Source of the DNA: an uncultured Candidatus Saccharibacteria bacterium
GTDB lineage: Bacteria; Patescibacteriota; Minisyncoccia; Sungbacterales; SURF-37
Length of the DNA stretch: 36,195 nucleotides
Assembly: GCA_964363965.1 (NCBI GenBank)
Contig: CAYIKH010000003.1
Span: forward strand, 1-36,195
Direction: 5' to 3'
A program made the position numbers and the translations under genes. Numbering within the stretch: position 1 is the stretch's first letter; each line of letters begins with the position of its first letter. Below the pieces are notes generated by a model. That model did no database searches. It saw only the letters and a list, made by a program, of their open reading frames with translations, and had not been told where the DNA came from. Positions 1-7,119 of this stretch are shown one piece after another.

Positions 1-726
1 ATTGATGTTGCATCCGCTAAAGAGCGGGGGATAATGGTGACCAATACCCCGGAGGTGCTCACCGAGACAGTGGCCGAGCATACTTTTGCCCTAATGCTTG
101 CGATCGCGCATCGCATCGCCGAATCGGATCGGTTCTCCAGGGCCGGCCAGTACCACGGTTGGGCGCCGGAGTTACTCCTCGGTACCGATGTATCGCACAA
201 AATTCTTGGCATCATCGGCCTCGGTCGGATCGGATCGCGCGTGGCGCATCATGCCAGTCGTGGCTTTGACATGCGCGTCATCTATCATGACGTGAAGCGG
301 AATGAAAGTTTTGAAAAGGAATTTGGTGCCATCTATAAAGAGAAGCTTGAGGGTCTAATGCGGGAAGCTGACTTTGTCTCCATCCACGTGCCGCTCCTTC
401 CGGCGACTCGCCACCTTATCAACGCCGAGCGGCTCAAGCTCATGAAACCGACGGCTTATCTTATCAACACCTCGCGGGGTCCAATTGTGGATGAGGGCGC
501 GCTCCGCGATGCTCTGAAATCCGGCACCATCCGCGGTGCGGCCATTGATGTCTGGGAGCATGAGCCCGAGTTAACGCCGGGGCTGGCCGAGCTCGAGAAC
601 ATTATCATTACACCCCATACCGCTTCGGCGACCGAGGAAACGCGCCAGCGCATGGGTGAGGTGGCGGCAAAGAATATCATCGAGGCGCTCGAGGGGCGGC
701 CGCCGCCGAATCTTGTCCGGATTTGA
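1..726 (+). CDS. D-isomer-specific 2-hydroxyacid dehydrogenase (glyoxylate/hydroxypyruvate reductase-like), 5'-truncated at window edge
   Basis: Frame 1 is open from nt 1 (IDVASAKERGI precedes the listed Met at 34). NAD-binding GxGxxG motif GIIGLGRIGSRVA is followed by LINTSRGPIVDE, DVWEHEP and ITPHTASAT, the Arg/Glu/His signature order of this family. Confidence 0.9.
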   Translation: MDVASAKERGIMVTNTPEVLTETVAEHTFALMLAIAHRIAESDRFSRAGQYHGWAPELLLGTDVSHKILGIIGLGRIGSRVAHHASRGFDMRVIYHDVKRNESFEKEFGAIYKEKLEGLMREADFVSIHVPLLPATRHLINAERLKLMKPTAYLINTSRGPIVDEGALRDALKSGTIRGAAIDVWEHEPELTPGLAELENIIITPHTASATEETRQRMGEVAAKNIIEALEGRPPPNLVRI

Positions 727-787
727 CATATAGCGTATACGGTAGTATTATTGTTTTTGATCTATCCCATCTTGAAAGGAGGGAGCG

Positions 788-1183
788 ATGGCTGATGTCG
801 TGGTGTTTGAGACCGATCAATCCGTCTCGGAGGTGCTTGACGACGTCCTCTCCTACTGCGGGATCGAGCATCGAACCTTCTGCTTTCCGATCGGCAAGAG
901 AGGGCTGGCGCGGGTTGAATACTTCCGTGAGATTCTTGCGGAGCATCAGCCGAAGATCGTTCTGATGAGTTACCGTCATATCTGGCCGGTGGTTCTGGAA
1001 GCCGTCTTGGGGGTCCAGCCGCGGCCGCAGCTCTGGGTATTCACGGGCTACAATGCCGAGATGCTCAATCGCCAGGGCGTGTTCTTCCGCGCCGACCGGG
1101 TCTTTGAGAAGCCGTATCACGTCTACAAGCTCGGCCGCGAGCTCCAGCGTGAGCTCAATCTTCCCGAGAGGGTCTCACCGTGA
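788..1183 (+). CDS. Small CheY-like (pseudo-receiver) protein, function unknown
   Basis: GGAGG at 778-782 lies 5 nt upstream of the ATG. Same strand as its neighbours. Receiver-like layout (VVVFETD..., KIVLMSYRHIWP, FEKPY), but the phospho-acceptor Asp position is not Asp. Preferred over the overlapping antisense ORF 677-1120. Confidence 0.55.
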   Translation: MADVVVFETDQSVSEVLDDVLSYCGIEHRTFCFPIGKRGLARVEYFREILAEHQPKIVLMSYRHIWPVVLEAVLGVQPRPQLWVFTGYNAEMLNRQGVFFRADRVFEKPYHVYKLGRELQRELNLPERVSP

Positions 1184-1213
1184 TGAGATCCTCTTTTTCT
1201 TAGGTGCATCGTA

Positions 1214-1222
1214 TGGTATGAT
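1214..1222 (+). promoter_or_regulatory. Candidate extended -10 promoter element (TGGTATGAT) for the bL25 gene
   Basis: TG-N-TATGAT at 1214-1222 in the 47-nt gap upstream of the GTG start at 1231. No Shine-Dalgarno lies between them. Confidence 0.3.
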
Positions 1223-1230
1223 GAACATCC

Positions 1231-1911
1231 GTGGCTGAATTACAGGCGGAAAAGCGCATAATCCTCGGCAAGAAACTTACTGCCCTTAGGAAGGGCGGTA
1301 TTTTGCCGGCCGTGCTCTATGGTGAGGGAGTGTCGTCAACGGCGCTCGCCGTGCCCATGCGGGAGTTTGAAAAGGTCTTGAAGGAGGCCGGCGAGACAAG
1401 TTTGGTAACGCTCCGGGTGGAAGGAGGCAAGGCCTATAATGTTTTGATTCACGATGTAGCCACCGATCCTCTGACTTCAAAGCCTATCCACGCCGATTTC
1501 TATGCCGTGCGCATGGATAAACCAATTGAGGCCAAGGTGCCGCTAAGTTTCTCCGGCGAATCTCCGGCGGTGACGAACGAAGGCGGAATTCTGGTGAAAG
1601 TCCTGCATGAGCTTGAGGTGAAGGCTCTACCTAAAGACTTACCGCATGAGATCGCAGTTGGCGTTTCCGTACTTGAACATATCGGAGACAAACTTCATAT
1701 TCGGGATCTGGCGCTGCCGCCCGGCGTGAGCACCGAGATTCCACTTGAAGAGGTGGTGGCTTTGATTGAGCCGCCGCGGGCTGAAGCCGAGCTTGAAGCC
1801 GTTGCCAAACCAGAAGAAGCTCCGGTGACCGAAGTAAAGACCGAGCGGGAGGTCAAGGCCGAGGAAAAGGCCGCCAGAGGCGAAGCCAAAGGGACCGAAG
1901 AGGGCGCCTAG
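1231..1911 (+). CDS. rplY: 50S ribosomal protein bL25, long Ctc (general stress protein) form
   Basis: N-terminal GKKLTALRKGGILPAVLYGEG and central HADFYAV motifs. Two-domain length (226 aa) with a Glu/Lys/Ala-rich tail. GTG start; no in-frame ATG upstream. Confidence 0.9.
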   Translation: MAELQAEKRIILGKKLTALRKGGILPAVLYGEGVSSTALAVPMREFEKVLKEAGETSLVTLRVEGGKAYNVLIHDVATDPLTSKPIHADFYAVRMDKPIEAKVPLSFSGESPAVTNEGGILVKVLHELEVKALPKDLPHEIAVGVSVLEHIGDKLHIRDLALPPGVSTEIPLEEVVALIEPPRAEAELEAVAKPEEAPVTEVKTEREVKAEEKAARGEAKGTEEGA

Positions 1912-1919
1912 CTATTAAC

Positions 1920-3299
1920 ATGATCTTTAAGGAGGGGATTTTCGCATTCGGGGATACCGCGTTTAGGCGCGGGGTGACGGCGGTCGCCGTCGCCTTGGTG
2001 CTTTTTATCGCAAGCGACAGCAGAGCCCAAACTACCAGCGGCACTCTTCGCCAGACTCTTCAAAGTCAAATTGAAGCTTTGGAACGCGAGGCTGCGGAGC
2101 TGGATAGCCAGATTCTGGAAACCCAGGAGGAAGCGCGAACCCTGCAGAGCCAAATTAAACTTTTTAACAACGAGATCCGCCGCCGCGAGCTTGAAATCCG
2201 GCGTCTGACTCTGGCCACCCGGCAGGCGGATATTGACATCCAGGCCAAGGCCGAGGATATTGCCGTCTTAACGGAACGCATTGCCAAAAACCGCGCCATC
2301 TTGGCGCGGAGTCTGCAGCGTATGTATGACTATGACCAGGAAAATATGCTGGTCGTGCTGGCCAAGAATGAGACACTTTCCGATTTTTTCTCAGCTTTGG
2401 ACAGCATAAGAAGCCTGCAGTCCCAGGTGGGGGAATTAGTCAGCGAACTCCGCCAAACCAAGCAGGAAGTGGAAAGAGAAAAAGAAGCTCTGGAGGATTT
2501 TCGGGTTGAACAGCTTTCACTGAAGGCTCTCGCCGAAATTGAGCGCCGAGCCGTGCAAGGCAAGAAGGCGGAGAAAGATAGTATTTTGAAGCTCACCCGC
2601 GGCAAAGAAGCCGAATTCCAAAAAATCCTTGCGCAAAAGAAGCGCGACCTTACCGCCCTAAAGACACAGCTTTTTTACTTAGAACGAACAGGTATCAGCG
2701 CCGGCGATGCCTTGAAATTCGCCGAGCTTGCCGCGAGCCGCACCGGCATCCGGACGGCTTTTCTTTTGGCACTCCTGGAGGTGGAAACCGGCCGGCAGTT
2801 TGAAGGCGGAGTGATCTCCGCGGGCACTTATCTCGGCACCGGCAATTGGAGAGAGGATATGTATAACTGCTACCTCCGATTAGGCCGCCGTTCGGCCGCC
2901 GAAGCCCAAAAAAACGCCTTTTTTAAAATTACAGCCAAATTGAATCTTGACCCGGACAAAATGCCGGTCTCGCGCCGGCCCAGCTACGGCTGCGGAGGAG
3001 CCATGGGCCCGGCGCAGTTTATTCCCACGACGTGGCTGCTCTTTGAGGCCAAAACCGCCTCTCGAACTGGGCATAATCCCCCCAACCCCTGGAATATTGA
3101 GGACGCTTTTACCGCATCGGCCATTTTCCTTGCCGAGGCCGGCGCCGGTTCGAAAACTCGAGCCGGGGAACTCGCGGCGGCCCGCACCTATATCAGCGGC
3201 CGGCCGAGCTGTCCGGCTCTGGGATCAGCCCGCTATGCCTGCTTGGCCTATGCCAACCGCGTGCTATCTCTGGCCGAGGATATTGATCGCGTGATATAA
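1920..3299 (+). CDS. Membrane-anchored coiled-coil protein with C-terminal lytic-transglycosylase-like (SLT/MltB-type) domain
   Basis: Hydrophobic N-terminus (VTAVAVALVLFIAS). About 230 aa of coiled coil (EALEREAAELDSQILETQEEA...). C-terminal domain with LLEVETG (catalytic Glu context) and GAMGPAQFIPTTW. Confidence 0.75.
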   Translation: MIFKEGIFAFGDTAFRRGVTAVAVALVLFIASDSRAQTTSGTLRQTLQSQIEALEREAAELDSQILETQEEARTLQSQIKLFNNEIRRRELEIRRLTLATRQADIDIQAKAEDIAVLTERIAKNRAILARSLQRMYDYDQENMLVVLAKNETLSDFFSALDSIRSLQSQVGELVSELRQTKQEVEREKEALEDFRVEQLSLKALAEIERRAVQGKKAEKDSILKLTRGKEAEFQKILAQKKRDLTALKTQLFYLERTGISAGDALKFAELAASRTGIRTAFLLALLEVETGRQFEGGVISAGTYLGTGNWREDMYNCYLRLGRRSAAEAQKNAFFKITAKLNLDPDKMPVSRRPSYGCGGAMGPAQFIPTTWLLFEAKTASRTGHNPPNPWNIEDAFTASAIFLAEAGAGSKTRAGELAAARTYISGRPSCPALGSARYACLAYANRVLSLAEDIDRVI

Positions 3300-3325
3300 A
3301 AATCATCTTATTCGCAGAACCAATT

Positions 3326-3354
3326 TTGACGCGCACTATCTAGTTGCTTAGCAT
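3326..3354 (+). promoter_or_regulatory. Candidate sigma70-type promoter (TTGACG - 17 nt - TAGCAT)
   Basis: -35-like TTGACG at 3326-3331, a 17-nt spacer, and -10-like TAGCAT at 3349-3354, 11 nt upstream of the ATG at 3366. Confidence 0.3.
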
Positions 3355-3365
3355 GGAATAAAGGT

Positions 3366-4817
3366 ATGCGACGTCTTGTTTTGGCTTATCTTTTTGTTTG
3401 CGGTTTACTGGTTCTGCCGCGTTTTATTTTTGCCTCTATAGTAATCAATGAGATCGCTTGGATGGGGTCGTTACCCAAGGCCGGCGAGACGGCGAGCGCG
3501 GCCGCGGGGAATGAATGGATGGAGCTTGCAAATATAGGGGGCGAGCCCGTGGATCTCACCGGTTGGATCCTCGGAGCCCAGGATGGGACGCCGCGGATAG
3601 AATTTTCTGGAACCATCGCCACTGGCGGATTCTTCCTCCTTGAACGCACCAACGATGACACCATTCCTGGTGTTTCTGCCGACCAACTCTATACTGGTGC
3701 CATATCGAATAGCGGTGAGTTTCTTTCGTTGAGGAACGCGGCGGGCGCAGTGGTGGATTCCGTGGATGCTTTGACCGGCTGGCCGGCCGGGGATAATACG
3801 ACCAAGGATACCATGCAGCGCTCGGGCTCGGGGTGGATTACCGCCGCACCGACACCACGGGCGCCGAATGCCGGCACCACAACACCACCGCCGCCGGCAG
3901 GGCCGCCGCCAGCCAGTATTCCCTATTCAGTAGCTGCGTTGCCACCGCCGCCTTCGCTTCGCGTCGAGGCTGGGGAAGACCGCACGGCGCTAGCCGGAGC
4001 GGTTGTCGAGTTCCGCGGACAGGTCTTCGGCTTAAACAGTGAGCTCATCGAAAATGCTCGTATGCTCTGGAACTTCGGCGACGGCTCAACGCGAGAGGGC
4101 AAGGCCGTGACACATATCTTCCCCTTTCCCGGCACCTACGTGGTCTCGCTTGCTGGGAGCTCTGGAGAATACACCGGCTCGGATTATTTCACCCTACGCG
4201 TGGTCGCGGCCGAGATCCTAATTTCGGAAATCAATCCCGGCGGCGACGGGTTTGTCGAGCTTTTTAATGCCGCGGCAGAACAACTTGATCTTGGCGGAAT
4301 ACGCCTTATAGATGGGAGCGTAAAAACATTTTCCATTCCGATGAATACTCTCATTAAGGCCAAGACTACATTTGTGCTTCCCAATGCCCTTACCGGCTTT
4401 ATTCCCATATCACCGCTTGCTCTTCGTGATGCTGGTGGACGTCTCATCGAAGAAATGTCGTTCGGAAGCGGCATTCCGGCCGGTGCAAGTTGGGAGAGGT
4501 CGGGAGAGGGGTTTATTGTTCAGGTAACGCCGACTCCTGGGCGCTTCACTGGTCTCGCTGGTGAGCCGAAGATTCTTTCCTCACCGCCTTCAATTCCGTC
4601 ATCCCCGCCACCTCCTCGCGTGGCGGTATCTGGCAACGGTGAGGCAGGAAGAATAGCCACAGCTTCGCCTCCAGCCATGACCAATGGGACTAGTGATCAG
4701 GATAAGCCGAGGACCCTGGCTTCAATCCTTGCCGCCAACTTTTTCCTGGCCGCAAGCATTATTTTGGGCCTGGCTGCGGCCGCGGGATTTATCGTGGTGA
4801 AGCGGAGGCTGTCTTAG
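3366..4817 (+). CDS. Secreted/anchored lamin-tail-domain (LTD) - PKD - LTD surface protein
   Basis: Two LTD-like segments (IVINEIAWMGS...NEWMELANIGGEPVDLTGW; ILISEINPGGDGFVELFNAAAEQLDLGG). A PKD-like repeat (WNFGDGSTREGKAVTHIFPFPGTYVVSL). Pro/Ser/Thr-rich linkers. N-terminal signal-like segment and a C-terminal TM helix followed by KRRLS. Confidence 0.8.
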   Translation: MRRLVLAYLFVCGLLVLPRFIFASIVINEIAWMGSLPKAGETASAAAGNEWMELANIGGEPVDLTGWILGAQDGTPRIEFSGTIATGGFFLLERTNDDTIPGVSADQLYTGAISNSGEFLSLRNAAGAVVDSVDALTGWPAGDNTTKDTMQRSGSGWITAAPTPRAPNAGTTTPPPPAGPPPASIPYSVAALPPPPSLRVEAGEDRTALAGAVVEFRGQVFGLNSELIENARMLWNFGDGSTREGKAVTHIFPFPGTYVVSLAGSSGEYTGSDYFTLRVVAAEILISEINPGGDGFVELFNAAAEQLDLGGIRLIDGSVKTFSIPMNTLIKAKTTFVLPNALTGFIPISPLALRDAGGRLIEEMSFGSGIPAGASWERSGEGFIVQVTPTPGRFTGLAGEPKILSSPPSIPSSPPPPRVAVSGNGEAGRIATASPPAMTNGTSDQDKPRTLASILAANFFLAASIILGLAAAAGFIVVKRRLS

Positions 4818-4827
4818 AAGAGTAACA

Positions 4828-7119
4828 TTGAGTATGAATGTCTCGGCCAAGCCCGCTATTTTTGTATTTACGACGGCCTATTACCCATTTACCGGCGGCG
4901 TCGAAACTGCAATCCAGGAGGTTGCCAGGCGACTCAATCAGGAGTTTCGGTTTTTTATTTTCACCGCCCGCTTCCGCCGCGATTTACCCCGGCGCGAGGA
5001 GCGCGAAGAGGGGATAGTTATCCGTCTTGGCGCGGGCGGATTGTTTGACAAGTGGCTTCTTATAATCCTCGGGCCATTGGCGGCCATTTGGGAACGTCGG
5101 CGTTTGGATGCGCAAAGCCAGATTCTACTTTGGGGTGTTGACATATCCGTCGCTTCAGCCGCTGCCTCTTTGCTCAAGTTTTTCTGGCGTCGAGTTCCTT
5201 TTGTTCTGAATGTGCAATACGGCTACGGCGAGGAACGAATTCGACGCGGTCGCTTTGGCTTAATCGGCTTCGGCTTCCGCTTCATCCTTGCCGAAGCCGA
5301 TGCCCTTACTGCCATCAGCACCTATCTTCTTGATCTTAGTCGCCGCTTCGGCTACCGCGGTCCGGCCGAGGTTATCCATAACGGCGTGGCCCTGGAGCGT
5401 TTCCGGCCCCGGCCGGGCGAGCGCTCTAGAGGCGAGCCTCCGGTTGTCATTACCGTATCACGCCTCGTCCCGAAAAACGCCGTGGATACGCTGATTCGTG
5501 CGTTGGCTGGAGTGCGAGAGTCAGTGCCGGATGTCCGTTGCCATATTCTCGGCGATGGCCCGGAGCGCCAGTCGCTTGAAGTTTTAGCTCGTTCACTCGG
5601 TGTGGCGCAGTCACTCACGTTTTTTGGAGATGTTCCCAATGCCGATGTTCCACACCACCTTGCCCAAGCTGATATTTTCGTGCGCCCTTCGCGTTCCGAG
5701 GGCATGGGCAATGCCTTCGTGGAGGCGCTGGCCACCGGCCTTCCGATCATCGGCACGCCGGTCGGCGGGATCACTGACATTATCCGCGACGGCGAAACCG
5801 GACTCTTTAGCCGGGTGGATGATCCGGACGATCTTGCCGAGAAAATTGTGCGCCTGCTCACTAACCGGGCGCTCGCCGTAAAGATAGCGGCCAAAGGCAG
5901 GAAGATGGTCGAGAAACGCTTCTCTTGGGCCGTGATTGCCGATAAGTTCAGGGTCCTCTTTCTTCGTCAATTACGGTCTCCGGAGTGCATCCTCATTGTC
6001 ACCCCGCAATTCCCGCCAGACATTGGCGGGGCTGGCAACTACGCCAGGAATCTTGCCGCATCACTCCGCAGGCGCGGACATGCCGTAGCCGTTCTTTCAT
6101 ACGGCCTCGGCGGCAGGATGCAGTTACCCGACGGCGCCTCTCTCACCAGGGTCTCCAGCCGCATTCCTTCAGGACTGAAACATTGCATTTTTTTCATCCG
6201 CGCCTGGCAACTCGCGAGGCGGAGCGATGCGGTCGTGGCGCTGGATCCGGTCATTGTCGGCGCGCCGCTAGCGCTAGCCTGCCGCTTGCGCGGCAAACCT
6301 TTTTTGCTTCGCATTGAGGGCGATTTTCTCTGGGAATGGTATTCGGAGCGTACCGGCCGCGAGCTTACCCTCCGGCAGTTCTACGAGCGTCTCACCGGCG
6401 AGGAGCTTTCCCGAAAAGAGCGGTTCATGCTGCGGATGGCGCGGTGGGTATTTCCGCAGGCCAAGCGGCTCGTGTTTTCATCTTCGTGGCGCTGGGATAT
6501 TTTCAAGCTTGGCTATCCCTTGCGCCAAGAGCAACCAGTACTCATCGAGTCTCCATGGCCAAGGCCGGAGCCGGCGCAAGGTGCGCGCGAGCGGCTATTC
6601 GTCTTCGCCGGCCGCTTCATCCGCGTCAAGAACCTGTCGCGGCTGATCCGGGCCTTCTTGACTGCGGCGCCGCCGGACTGGCGGCTTGAGCTTATCGGCG
6701 ACGGCCCGGAGCGAGAAAATTTAAAATTTATGATTCATAATTCAGATTCGCGGAATCGGGTCATCATTCGCCCGCCAGTTGAAAAATCCGAGCTTATCTC
6801 TAAAATCGTCTCGGCCCATGCTTTTGTTTTACCTTCACTTTCAGATGTAAGCCCAAATGTTATTTTAGATTGCCTGGCCACGGCAACGCCTTTTCTTCTT
6901 ACCCAAGAATCCGGTTTTTATGAGACATTAAAAGATTTTGGTCTTTTTGTGGATCCGTTAGATGAGAAAGACATAGTCAGTAAACTCTCTATGCTCTTTG
7001 ACGCCGAGCTGTACGCCGGGTACCGAAAACGCCTCGAGCAATTCAGAGCTGATCGGTCTTGGGACAAAGTAGCTGAAGCGTGGTTAGAGCTCGTGCGAAA
7101 TGCGCTCGACGGCCAATGA
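4828..7119 (+). CDS. Tandem-fused double GT4 glycosyltransferase (two GT-B units in one 763-aa ORF)
   Basis: Unit 1 (aa 1 to ~385) has GDGPERQSL and E-X7-E (SEGMGNAFVEA). Unit 2 (aa ~390-763) has GDGPERENL but D-X7-D (SDVSPNVILD). TTG at 4828; the first ATG is at 4834. Confidence 0.85.
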   Translation: MSMNVSAKPAIFVFTTAYYPFTGGVETAIQEVARRLNQEFRFFIFTARFRRDLPRREEREEGIVIRLGAGGLFDKWLLIILGPLAAIWERRRLDAQSQILLWGVDISVASAAASLLKFFWRRVPFVLNVQYGYGEERIRRGRFGLIGFGFRFILAEADALTAISTYLLDLSRRFGYRGPAEVIHNGVALERFRPRPGERSRGEPPVVITVSRLVPKNAVDTLIRALAGVRESVPDVRCHILGDGPERQSLEVLARSLGVAQSLTFFGDVPNADVPHHLAQADIFVRPSRSEGMGNAFVEALATGLPIIGTPVGGITDIIRDGETGLFSRVDDPDDLAEKIVRLLTNRALAVKIAAKGRKMVEKRFSWAVIADKFRVLFLRQLRSPECILIVTPQFPPDIGGAGNYARNLAASLRRRGHAVAVLSYGLGGRMQLPDGASLTRVSSRIPSGLKHCIFFIRAWQLARRSDAVVALDPVIVGAPLALACRLRGKPFLLRIEGDFLWEWYSERTGRELTLRQFYERLTGEELSRKERFMLRMARWVFPQAKRLVFSSSWRWDIFKLGYPLRQEQPVLIESPWPRPEPAQGARERLFVFAGRFIRVKNLSRLIRAFLTAAPPDWRLELIGDGPERENLKFMIHNSDSRNRVIIRPPVEKSELISKIVSAHAFVLPSLSDVSPNVILDCLATATPFLLTQESGFYETLKDFGLFVDPLDEKDIVSKLSMLFDAELYAGYRKRLEQFRADRSWDKVAEAWLELVRNALDGQ
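6716..6757 (+). repeat. Degenerate 7-nt-periodic AT-rich tract inside GT4 unit 2
   Basis: aaaattt aaaattt atgattc ataattc agattcg cggaatc, directly after the GDGPE codons. Encodes NLKFMIHNSDSRN. Confidence 0.7.

Noticed and set aside
677-1120. 147-aa minus-strand ORF overlapping 788-1183
   Set aside because: It overlaps the 3' end of the dehydrogenase gene and has no SD or recognisable motif. The plus-strand ORF has GGAGG at the ideal spacing and a receiver-like pattern.
5352-5894. 180-aa minus-strand ORF inside the fused GT4 gene
   Set aside because: The Ser/Arg/Pro/Thr-rich antisense translation lies entirely within a well-supported GT4 coding region.
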